Source: Squalus acanthias (taxonomy: Eukaryota). From it: DNA of 64,000 nucleotides. The position numbers were made by a program, and so were the translations under genes. The stretch lies in contig CM059432.1 in the NCBI GenBank assembly GCA_030390025.1, positions 39,682,001-39,746,000 on the forward strand, written 5' to 3'. The notes under the pieces are model-generated. The model ran no database searches, had not been told where the DNA came from, and worked only from the letters and a program-made list of their open reading frames with translations. Shown piece by piece: positions 52,279 to 62,313 of the stretch (positions are counted from its first letter, which is position 1; every line of letters begins with the position of its first letter).

Positions 52279-55200
52279 TTAAATTCTGAGAAGGCTGCTG
52301 CGAGCTCTTCCCGACGGTGGGAGGGCTCTGACCTTTTCCTCTGATCTGCCGCAGCCTGTTGCTGCACTGACCCCTTCCTCTGATCTGCCGCAGCCTGTTG
52401 CTGCACTGACCCCTTCCTCTGATCTGCCGCAGCCTGTTGCTGCTGCGATGGGGCCGGGCTGTATCTGGGCTGCCTTAACCTTGAGTCTACGCCTTGGGAC
52501 AGTCTGGGGCCATACCCACATCTTCCTGGGCTGGGGTTCTCTACTTGACCTACGGGGAGTTGTCAGGGGCAGGGATCCCATGACCGACGGACCGGGTTCC
52601 GAGACTTCCATCGGGACGACCTGTGGTTCCACCACAGTCGCTGGCTCCGCCTCCGCTGACTCCGCCTCCCTAACCTCGGGACTTGCAGTTTGTGGCTCCG
52701 CCCTGCTCGGCCCAGCAGGCGGCCCTTCACTTGCGATCCCTGCCTCCCCCGAGGGCGGGACGTTCAAAGCGGGCGGCTCGGGCTCGGAGGTTCTCACCGT
52801 CACTCCCTGTGTTCCCACAGCAGCTGGCTCCGCCTCCCCTAGCTCCTCCCTCCTGGGTTCGGGACCTGCAGCTTGTGGCTCCGCCCTGTGCGGATCTCCA
52901 TCTGCAGTCCGTGTCCTCCCTATACCTAAAATGGGGACGCCCCTTACGTTCCGCAAAACCCACTCGCCTTCATCACTATCCTCATCTGACTCCCATCCCC
53001 ACAAAAATGCTTCATGATCTTCCAGGATGTCCCCTCCCCTGATGCAAGCTGCTTTGCCTGCCTGTTTGCCTTGTGGTCCTACCTGGGGCTGCGCTTCCCC
53101 ACTCGCGGGGTTTACCCCTGTGGTTTTCCCTTGCGCACCTGGCTTGTACAGTTTGCACTGGTTTACATGGAACCACTTAGTGCGCCGAGGTACCTTTACG
53201 GCGTATACCATGGGACTCGCCTTATCTACAATGTTGTAGGGTCCCATATACAGTGGTTCCAGACTCCCTACTCTGGCGTAGTTTCTGACCATGACCTGGT
53301 CTCCTACTTCCCACTCCCGCGTTTTGCGGGGTTCCAGCAACAGGCGATTGCCCTGATGCTGCCTTCCCATGTTCCCAGCCGCCTGCTCATAAACCTGCTT
53401 CAGGCGCTCCAAGAGGGTCTGGGCGAACTTGTCCCTGCTTATCTCTTGGAGCTGACCCTCAGTGAGCACCGGCGCTAGCACATGGGTGGGGGTTCGCATG
53501 AGCCTCCCAGTCATCACCTCGTGCGGGGAATACCCCGTACTTTTCGACTGACTGGCCCGGACCCCCATGAGGACTAAAGGCAGAACTTCCGCCCATTTTT
53601 GGGGCGAGTTCCTAGTCTCTTTCCTCAATTTCTCCTTCAGGGTCCGGTTCATGCGTTCAACAATCCCGGATGACTGGGGATTGTGTGCTACGTGCCACTT
53701 CCCTTCAATGCCCAAAAGCATGAGGGTGTTCTGCATCACCTGGCCGGTGAAATGACTCCCTTGGTCTGACTCCACAAAACGGGGGAGTCCCCACCGCGAG
53801 AACACTTCCCGGACCAAGATTTTTGCAGTACCCAGTGCCGTAGCTGTTCGACAGGGGAAGGCTTCCACCCACTTGGAGAACACATCCACCAAGACGAGGC
53901 AGTATTTATAGCCTCCCTGGGTGGTGGGCAGGGGCCCTATATAGTCGATCTGTATCGACTGCCATGGTCCCTCTACCCTTCTTACGTGTCCCATGGGCAC
54001 TTTCCTTTTCTGGGGGTCTGGGTTGTTTGCAGCGCACACAAGACAGTTTGCACAGAACTCGCGGACTTGTTCCCTGAGCCCTGGCCACCATCCCGCTTGC
54101 TCTACCCGTTGCCAGGTAACCTCGGGCCCGGGGTGCCCTGCCCCTGGTCCCTCGTGAGCCAACTGGAGGAATTCCCTCCTGTGCTGCTGCGGCACAACCC
54201 ACTGCTCCTCGCGGAACAGCATGCCTTCCTTAACTGAGAGGGTTGCCGTACTGTACGGACCCTCTACCTGCTTCCCCTCAGCAATGGTTTTTAGGACTGC
54301 TTTTAGGGCGGGATCCTGGGTTTGGACGGTCTTAAGGTCTAGGGGCAATGCTACCCTGGGGTTCCCGGGATTCCCGTCCCTGCCTTGGATCGCTGCCATG
54401 GGTCTGGTCCCATAGGGGTCCCAGAAAATGCCGTTGCGGGCACCTTCCCTGGCTAGCGCATCCGCCTGTTGGTTGCCCTCCCCACGGGGCTCTGTGGAGG
54501 AGTGAGCTTTCACCTTATGGATGAAAATCTCCCCTTCCTCCCCTGCTGCTGCTGCTAGGATCTTTTCCAGCAAGGGCTTCACCGTTAAAGGTCGCCCGTC
54601 CGCGGAGGTGTATCCACGGCGGGACCAAATGGCCAGGTATTCCGTACACGAATTGCATGTGAACATACTGTCCGAGCAAATCGTGTATGGGGTTGGGAAA
54701 ATGTCTGGGTGGGTAACAACGTACACCACAGCAGACAGCTCAGCCTGCTGCGCGCTCATGGTGCTAGGGAGCTTGATCGCCAGGGCAAGGTTTGCCGCAG
54801 GGTCATAAACTCCACACCCTGTGAGTCGTTCGCCAGCAGATACTGTGCTAGAACCATCAACATAAATCTCGCGCCCAGTGGGATGTATCCCGGCCCGCAA
54901 ACCTATGTTGACGTCCCACACCCCTTCCACCGAACATCGGTGGGCTGTACCGGGGTATACCAAATTGGCCGCAAGCCTGGGCTCGCAAAGACCTTTTACT
55001 CTAAGATCCATCTGGGAAAGAAGAAGGGTCCAGCGCGCAATACGCACGCCGCTTACGGTCCCATCTTTAATCCTCCCATCTAGAAGCATCTTAGTTGGTG
55101 TGTGATGGGTGAGGAGAGTGATGGGAGAGAGCCCTGTGAAGATCGCTGATCTTTTCACAGCCCAATGCGTGGCTAAAAGGTGCCTTTCGCAATTGGAGAA

Positions 55201-56817
55201 ACTTCTCTCCACATCCGTTAACACTCTGGACGAATAGACAACCGGCCTCAGCTTGCCGTGACGCTCTTGGAGCAGCACAGCGCTCAAGCTGTCCCCGCTG
55301 GCAGCTACCTCCAGGAAAAACTCCTTCCCCCCATCTATGGCCCCTAAAGCTGGCGCGGTCTGCAGATCCCTTTTTAACTTCTCGAAGGCTGCTTGGCAGC
55401 CCTCGTCCCAAGACCACTCCACTCCCTTATGGAGGAGTCGGAGGAGCGGCGCTGCTGTGGCCGCATAGTCTTCGATAAAATCCCTGCAGTAACCGGTCAG
55501 TCCCAAGAAGGACCTCACACCCCTTATGTTGTTGGGAATCGGTAACTCTTGCACCGACTCCCTCCTAGCCTTATCTATGGCTCTTTCCCCAGCGCGAATG
55601 GTCAGTCCCAGGAATTTTACTTCCTGCTGACCGATACGTGCTTTCTTAGAATTTATTTTAAAACCCTTTCTCGCTAGCAGCTCCAATAACTCGTCCAGCA
55701 GTGGTCCATGCTCCTCCCTTGAATCCGTAAATAGGAGCAAATCATCCACGTACTGCACTATCTGATTGGGCTGACTAAACTCCTTTAAACTTCCTGCCAT
55801 ACACTGATGGAAAATACTGGGGCTATTGTGGAAACCCTGTGGCAGACAGTTCCATGTGTACTGTTGTCCTTTGAAAGTAAAGGCAAACTTGTACTGGTCC
55901 TCTCGCCGCAGCGGGATAGACCAAAAACCGTTCGAGATATCCAGCACCGTGAACGTGGTCGCGGACGCTGGGATACTCCCTATTAGGTCAGCAACTGCTG
56001 CTACCGTGGGCGCGCAGGCGGGAATGTTACTGTTAAGGACTCTGTAGTCCACCGTGGCCCTCCACGAATTATCCGGCTTCCTAACCGGCCATAATGGGGA
56101 GTTCACGTGTGTGGCTATCGGCCTCAACACGCCCTGCTGCACCAAGGAGGACATTGCTGTCTCCATATCGGGTTCTGCTTCTTTGGGGAAGTTATACTGT
56201 TTTTGGGGCCGGGTCATGGGGTCCCCATCTACGCTGACTTCAAACCCGGTAACCCTCCCACAATCATGCTTGTGGGTTGCAAACGCATGCATATTATCTG
56301 ACACGTACGTTTGCATGTCCGTTGGGACATCTGCGACCATAAGCCCGAGGTCGTAGCCTCCGGATGGCTGCATGGTACACAGGACCCCCGTTTCTTCCTC
56401 CCCCGGAATCACTACTACTTCGCCTTTTTCACTCTTAGCCCCCCAGAGACAGTGATTTCTGAGGTCCACGAGGATCCCGTGCCCTGATAGGAGATCGGAC
56501 CCAAGGATACCTCTTCCACCCCCCTCCTGCCATTCCATCAGTATGCACTTCCACTTGAGGTGAAGTGCTCCCAAACGAATGGATAGCGGAAGGGAGAACG
56601 CGCCAGCCTGTTCTTTTCCCGTGAACCCCGTTAATGTGAATGGGACCTTGGTAGATAGCGGCGAGTCAAAAGGGCTATCTGTATGAATTATGGTGCAAGA
56701 AGCTCCCGTGTCCAACAAATAACTACCCTTCTGTTTCTCTACCTCCATCTCCACCAAAGGTCGCTTCCACGCATCATAGCTGAGCGGACACAGGTAGACG
56801 GGCTGCGCGGGCTCTAG
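52279..56817 (-). CDS. pol: pol polyprotein, uninterrupted: protease, RT, degenerate RNase H tether, RNase H, integrase, long C-terminal tail
   Basis: LLDTGA; LDISNGFW, LPQG, YVDD; EVAAS...ERHLLA...THH; IYVDGS...AQQAEL...SDS...KVKAH...GNQQAD; HHCC, IDYIGP, SDQGSHF, GIVERMNRTLK, GPY. Confidence 0.97.
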   Translation of the reverse strand, partial: LEPAQPVYLCPLSYDAWKRPLVEMEVEKQKGSYLLDTGASCTIIHTDSPFDSPLSTKVPFTLTGFTGKEQAGAFSLPLSIRLGALHLKWKCILMEWQEGGGRGILGSDLLSGHGILVDLRNHCLWGAKSEKGEVVVIPGEEETGVLCTMQPSGGYDLGLMVADVPTDMQTYVSDNMHAFATHKHDCGRVTGFEVSVDGDPMTRPQKQYNFPKEAEPDMETAMSSLVQQGVLRPIATHVNSPLWPVRKPDNSWRATVDYRVLNSNIPACAPTVAAVADLIGSIPASATTFTVLDISNGFWSIPLRREDQYKFAFTFKGQQYTWNCLPQGFHNSPSIFHQCMAGSLKEFSQPNQIVQYVDDLLLFTDSREEHGPLLDELLELLARKGFKINSKKARIGQQEVKFLGLTIRAGERAIDKARRESVQELPIPNNIRGVRSFLGLTGYCRDFIEDYAATAAPLLRLLHKGVEWSWDEGCQAAFEKLKRDLQTAPALGAIDGGKEFFLEVAASGDSLSAVLLQERHGKLRPVVYSSRVLTDVERSFSNCERHLLATHWAVKRSAIFTGLSPITLLTHHTPTKMLLDGRIKDGTVSGVRIARWTLLLSQMDLRVKGLCEPRLAANLVYPGTAHRCSVEGVWDVNIGLRAGIHPTGREIYVDGSSTVSAGERLTGCGVYDPAANLALAIKLPSTMSAQQAELSAVVYVVTHPDIFPTPYTICSDSMFTCNSCTEYLAIWSRRGYTSADGRPLTVKPLLEKILAAAAGEEGEIFIHKVKAHSSTEPRGEGNQQADALAREGARNGIFWDPYGTRPMAAIQGRDGNPGNPRVALPLDLKTVQTQDPALKAVLKTIAEGKQVEGPYSTATLSVKEGMLFREEQWVVPQQHRREFLQLAHEGPGAGHPGPEVTWQRVEQAGWWPGLREQVREFCANCLVCAANNPDPQKRKVPMGHVRRVEGPWQSIQIDYIGPLPTTQGGYKYCLVLVDVFSKWVEAFPCRTATALGTAKILVREVFSRWGLPRFVESDQGSHFTGQVMQNTLMLLGIEGKWHVAHNPQSSGIVERMNRTLKEKLRKETRNSPQKWAEVLPLVLMGVRASQSKSTGYSPHEVMTGRLMRTPTHVLAPVLTEGQLQEISRDKFAQTLLERLKQVYEQAAGNMGRQHQGNRLLLEPRKTREWEVGDQVMVRNYARVGSLEPLYMGPYNIVDKASPMVYAVKVPRRTKWFHVNQCKLYKPGAQGKTTGVNPASGEAQPQVGPQGKQAGKAACIRGGDILEDHEAFLWGWESDEDSDEGEWVLRNVRGVPILGIGRTRTADGDPHRAEPQAAGPEPRREELGEAEPAAVGTQGVTVRTSEPEPPALNVPPSGEAGIASEGPPAGPSRAEPQTASPEVREAESAEAEPATVVEPQVVPMEVSEPGPSVMGSLPLTTPRRSSREPQPRKMWVWPQTVPRRRLKVKAAQIQPGPIAAATGCGRSEEGVSAATGCGRSEEGVSAATGCGRSEEKVRALPPSGRARSSLLRI

Positions 56818-58533
56818 TCATTGGGTACTATTAGACGGTCCTGCGGCACCTACGGGGCCGGTAGCAACCGCCACCTTTCCATGTGCACTCATGAAGTTGC
56901 GCATGGCTCCCAACACTGATTCGAGTTCGTTGGAAGGGGTGGGTGCACTAGTTTCCCTAGCAGGGACAGGCGTCTGGGCTCGGGCTGCGGGAATTTTATC
57001 CCTGGAATCCTTCCAAGGGTTCCTGCAGTTCTTGCGCCAGTGCCCTGTCTTCCCACACCCGTAACAAGCATTACTTGCCTGCGGGGCGCGATTACCCTCC
57101 TGATGCCACTCCCTTTGATACGGGGCTGCGGGTCGTACCTCATGTACTTTTCCCTTAAGGGGACGTGTTCCCATACCCCTTATATTGCGATATCCTAACG
57201 TGAGTCGATTCAATACCGACTCTTCCGTAATGTTGGGGTCATTGGGATCAAACCATGCTTTTGCCTACTCTCTGATGGCTGGTAAACTGTTGGCTACTAT
57301 GCACCTAAGCCAATGATTTAAACCGGCGCCGTCCATATCGTCGCGCTCTAGCGTACCTAGACAGCTGCGCTGATATACTGGCCACAGCCTGTCGGCAAAA
57401 ACCTTCGGGGGTTCTCCCTCCATCTGCACTGTCTGTCCCACTCTAGCAAACGGACCTTCATCGTCCGCCCCCAACACTTCTAGGACCTCATTTTTCAATG
57501 CCTCATAAGTCTTGGTTCCCCTCTTGCTCTCGCCCGAGAGACACTGAAGGATTGAACTGCCTAACGAAAACAACAGCATTTTTGCTGTTTCCCCATCATC
57601 GCAGCCGTTAATGGCTGCGGTTTGCTCAACTTCTCTGAAATGTACGGAAGGGTCGTCTAACTCGGTCAGCTTCCGTACGTGATTTATCATAACTCTCAGC
57701 TGGTGTGAGCTGTGAGGCAACACAAGCTGGCCGAGGAGATCCCCTGGTTCCTCCCCACCGTTTCTGTTTGGGCCCCTTTTTATACCCGTAACTGGATACA
57801 ACGGTCCCTTTTCCACTTCTTTCTCAGTGGGCTCTTTCGTTTCTTCCACTACTTCCTCCCTTACCCAGGTTACCGAATAGCTGGGTGGCGCGGAGGGCGC
57901 AGTGGCTAATACTTCCTCTGCTTTACTTGGTGGGGATTTCTGAAACTCCTCTTTTACTAGCGGCTGGTGTGCTGACGGACTGATAAGGCACATCATGCCG
58001 TGCGCTTTGTTCACGGCCTTTTTGAGGTGTTCTATCTCTTTTTGGCAGGCGCTATGATCGGCCCCCTGAAATTTATCCTCAAGGGCCAGCTTATATGCCG
58101 CCCTAACCCCTGTTAAGCTTTCTTCCTGGGTTCTTATCTGGGCAGCTGGGCGGGCACATCGTTCCTTTAGTCTGCCCTCACTTAACTTTGCCTCAGTGAC
58201 CTGGCACTCGAGGTAATCTATCCTTGTTTTATGGTGACTGGTGATTTCCTGGCGTTCTTGGTGCAGCGCACTTAAATTCCTAATGAGCAATTCCCCTCCA
58301 GAGACCTTCTCATCCATTTCTCCCTCTAAATGACTGATTCGAGCTGTTAGCGCTGTAATGACCTGGTTTGAAATCTGGACCTGCCTTTTGTAACACATTA
58401 GCCAGACTGCTTTCTCGATTGTCTTTTTATGTTCCTTACTATCTGTCCACCTTTCGGCTGCCTCTAGTGGACTCTTATCCGCTAACAATTCACTTATCCA
58501 TTTCTTAGTTAGATTAACCTTTCCGAACACATA

Positions 58534-59287
58534 GGCCCAGAAATTGATCCGGCTGCGCGAGAGTACGCACAGTGTACACTCACGCAGCCAGACTTCAATT
58601 GCCGGTTTTCAGCATGCACTGCGCATGCACTGAAAACCGGCAATTGATCTTTCGAAAAGGGGGCGGGTCCTCAGTGCACCGCGTGCGCGCTACAGGCTGC
58701 GCGCACGCAGTGCACTTCATCGCTTGCGCACGCAGGTAAGTATTGAAGAATCTGGAAAAGAAAAAAGGAAGCGCAGGAGACTCTTTTAACCAGGTAAGTA
58801 CATAATTAAGTAGTATTTAGAATTTTTTTTTACAGGTAAATCTTTAGTAGCGACTTTAAAGACAGGTAAGTTTATTTTTATAACATTTTAAAAGATTTAA
58901 AATTTTTTCAAAAATTTATTTTTTTGTTTAAAAAGGTTAATTTATTTAATTACACTTATTTTAATTATGTGATGGGTTTTTTTTTTAATTTAATGGAGGT
59001 TTAGCTCTTCTTTTGGGGGCTTGTTGTATTCCTAGTTTTCACAGCAGTTCAATGGCCGCTGTGAATTCTATGAATGAGAGCTTGGTGTGCTGCCATTGGC
59101 TGTAACTCAGTCACGTGATCCCACAGTACGCTCGAACTAACTTCGCACTGTGGGATCACGATGCACTCGCAGCTGATGGCTGGAACATGAAGTTCCAGCG
59201 AGCTGGGACTGAAAAAGCCAACGCGCAGTGAGACATCGCGGGAAGGGCTTACCCTCGCACGAACCCTCACACTGCAATTTCTGGGCC
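58534..59287. mobile_element. 754-bp MITE inserted in gag codon 32
   Basis: Perfect 13-bp TIR GGCCCAGAAATTG and TSD ATA (58531-58533 and 59288-59290). Excision restores the gag frame. Confidence 0.92.
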
Positions 59288-59364
59288 ATAATCTGCTATC
59301 TTTTCCTGCATAACATTTCGTACAGTCACACCAAAGTCTAACACACTACCCTCTCGCTGCCAGT

Positions 59365-59382
59365 GTCCTGCCGCGGTCGCCA
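59365..59382 (-). other. Primer-binding site TGGCGACCGCGGCAGGAC, complementary to the tRNA-Arg(TCG) 3' end
   Basis: The + strand reads GTCCTGCCGCGGTCGCCA, the 3' 18 nt of vertebrate tRNA-Arg(TCG) as I recall it. It lies 5 nt from the LTR. Confidence 0.85.
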
Positions 59383-59387
59383 TTTTC

Positions 59388-61021
59388 TGTAAGGGTTTAC
59401 GTGCGTGTCTCTCAGCCTGTGAGATTCGCGTGGCTCTGTGCAGCCTGTATGTCAGTGCGGGTTTAGGCCTTGTTGCCTGTTCTGGTCTCCAGCCAGTCTG
59501 GGAGCACTAGACACACCTGTGAGTGGTTCGAATCACTCGCCCTTACGGTTCTAGACACTGGACTTAGATGCGAGAGCAGTAATGGAGATGAAACTCATGT
59601 AGACTCGGTTGAATGGTACGAAATGGAAAATCTTTATTGCATAATATTTAAGATTACGAAATACATGTCATAAGCACAGATTAATGACAGTACAATCTTA
59701 CACGCAGTTATGTAACTAATTCTAGGGAAACGGGGAACGAACGACACACCGTAAATGGGGGCACACATTACAATTATCCTTAATACTTAAACCCTCCCCT
59801 ATCAATATCTGTCCTAGCTAGATTCGTAGGATTCGAGACTCATGCTCACCACTCGTGATAACTCGGAGAAATTCCGAATAGCTGATCGGATGTTTTTCAC
59901 CGCAGCATCCACGTGTCGATCAGGGGGTCTCCTGGCCCCACTTGTTTACTTGCTTCTGCTCCGGCTAGCAGGCTGGAACGTCTGTTGTTATGAAGATCTG
60001 TATTTGTGGGTTTCACGTACCAGCCAAGATGGGTTTCACAGACCAGTCAATACTTTGAAAGAAGAGTCTTCCGGGGTCCGTTCTTTAAAGTTCAAAGAAG
60101 TCTTCCTGGCAAGGAAAAATGTCTATTCGACCTACAGGCGCGGTCGGGGCTTACTGACCGTGGCGATAAGTATGGTCTTCGTCTCTTCTCATCTCATCTC
60201 ATCTCTTCTCGGGCCTTTGGTTCCGATGCCGGTTACCAACACAGGTCTTCGTGACACGACACGAGGTAGATCCGAACGGATCACAAAGTTCAACAGTCTT
60301 TTAAAAGAGACACCAGGCAAGCAGGAACAAGACGGCGAGTCAAGAACACAGGAGCAGCCACGAGGATGAAGAGTCAATCGGATAAGAGAAAGATGGACGG
60401 TTTGGGGCTTGCAATTATAGTGCAAAAATCTTCCGTTTCACGCCCAACCTTAATGTCTTTTCTTTTGTTTGGGTTTGGCGCTCAAATGTCTTGTATAGGT
60501 GATCTCCGTTTTTAATGGGTTTCGGGGCTACTCGTAAATGTCTGAGTACCTGTTAATATTTCTCCCATTGTTTAATCGGTCGGTGTTCTCCCTGGAGGGG
60601 TTTTGGGGCCTCCAAGTGTTTTCTGTAACTACCCGCTAACGGCTCTCTCATCGTAGAGTCGTTGGGATTTTACATATTAATGTCTTTGGATGGGCCCTTG
60701 ATTACTTGGTACAATAGCCTTTATTCGTACCCGGGAGACCGATTTCAGTATCTATGTGTATACTGCAAACCCATGATGTCCCGTGTATTATCTTCAATGT
60801 GCTGAATCTTAATCGATCTTGCACAAATGTTTATTGGAACGCCATCTTGTCTGCCTGTCGAAAAGTCTAGAATGTTCCGCCACGAGGTGCGGCGGCCATT
60901 TTACAGGCTGCTTGTGTCCACTTTGAAACCTGACAGCATTCCGCTGAAATAAAAGCTGTTTGAACGAAACTCTGTGTTTTTCTCTTTATTAATAAAATCG
61001 CGATATATTGCGAATTCTACA
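59388..61021 (-). repeat. 5' LTR (1634 bp)
   Basis: Matches 47621-49244 except for about 11 substitutions (counted by eye) and two extra ATCTC units. Confidence 0.97.
60410..60450 (-). promoter_or_regulatory. Candidate LTR core promoter (GC box, ETS-like CGGAAG, TATAAT)
   Basis: The minus strand reads gggcg(t/g)gaaacggaagatttttgcactataattgc. The motif order is conserved in all three LTR copies. Confidence 0.5.
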
Positions 61022-62313
61022 GCTGCCAGCCACTATCATGAGAGAGGGGGTAGAAAGAAAATCATAAGGAAAATTGGAGGGAAAACACAAAACAAAATAA
61101 AGGAACCAAATTGAATCCCGAATCCAAAGTCACTGGGAATTTCCTTGGGTTTCTGCCGAACTTCCGCAAAAGTTACGGTGATGAAGCAGGAGAAACTCCA
61201 AGAAAATTCCCGGTAATTGTCTTTACGAACTTTGTGACTACTTGAATCTGGCCTGATTCACACTTTTGATTTGAGTTGGTCTGTGCCTGTAAAAAATAAA
61301 TGCAAAAAATGGACAACGGAGCCAAAAGTCCTGAAGGCCCGCTCCGCTGTTGGAAGTGTGGTAGAGCACGACTTCCGCCCACTGCTACTCTGGCAGGGAG
61401 CCCTCTAGGCTCGGAAAATTAAAGCATGTAATTTTTTTTGAATGCTCCAAAGAATAAAGGGGTATTAGTTACCTTTCTCTCTGGCAGTCTTGTGGCCTTT
61501 CTAAGGCCCGGTATGGGACCTAAATGTGTTCTCCGCAGACATAGGTCCTCCTGGGCATATTATGTGGCATACTGGGTAGGGTTCCTAGGATAGTCTGGGA
61601 AAGCCCTCAGAGAAACCTCCATAGCTGGCAGTGGACCTGTGCGGGGGCAAGGGGAATGGTTGAATAGATGAATTGCCTGCCCTTCCCTGACTGTAATTGG
61701 GGTCACAGGTACAATGAGCAGAAACCTTGTAGATCTAGGTTTCAACAGAATTCATACCCGCTCTCATGGGGAGATCAGTATAAGAACATAAGAGCATAAG
61801 AAATCGGAGCAGGAATAGGCCACTTGGCCCCTCGAGCCTGCTCCGCCATTCAATAAGATCATGGCTGATCTTGGGCTCAAAGCCACCTCCCTGCCCGCTC
61901 CCCACTCACATATTGCAGGTTTTATGAGAAAATGAGTTAGATGGGTTGAATTACACACTTTATCCATGCTTTGCATCCTCCCCCTCCTATCACCAAGAAG
62001 TTCAACCCGCAGAGGTCCATTTGTGCACCTGCACTGCCATTTTAAAATGCTGCTGTAATTATACCTATCATGGTGAATGTCTATGGCTACTTCTATCACT
62101 ATAATGCTTAAAGTGATGGGTTCGCATATTGTAGGTTTTATGAGAAAATGAGTTAGATGGGTTGAATTACACACTTTATCCTTACTTAGCTTTGTGATCT
62201 TTGTCCAACTTAAAATATGGAGGAAAGTCTAAATCATAATGCTCGATCACACTAAGGGATTTATAATGGATGCATTAAGAAATCGTACAGAAACGCTGTC
62301 AGTTAGAATTGTA

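Larger units (their letters stand above)
56818..59383 (-). pseudogene. gag: gag (about 602 codons reconstructed), interrupted by a MITE and one in-frame TAG (57265-57267)
   Basis: 59383-59288 and 58530-56818 form one frame. Coiled-coil-like N-terminal half, capsid-like region and CYGCGKTGHWRKNC zinc knuckle. Confidence 0.88.
47621..61021 (-). mobile_element. Full-length endogenous retrovirus-like provirus (lokiretrovirus-like): LTR-PBS-gag-pol-env-PPT-LTR
   Basis: Paired LTRs with 4-bp TSD GCTG (47617-47620 and 61022-61025), PBS, PPT, gag with CCHC, dual-RNase-H pol and F-like env. The lineage name is inferred from architecture. Confidence 0.93.

Noticed and set aside
57265..57267. Second programmed readthrough inside gag (TAG)
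   Set aside because: It lies within the capsid-like region before the zinc knuckle, and its context (TAG GCA) is not a known leaky motif. A point mutation is more likely, though sister copies are needed to be sure.
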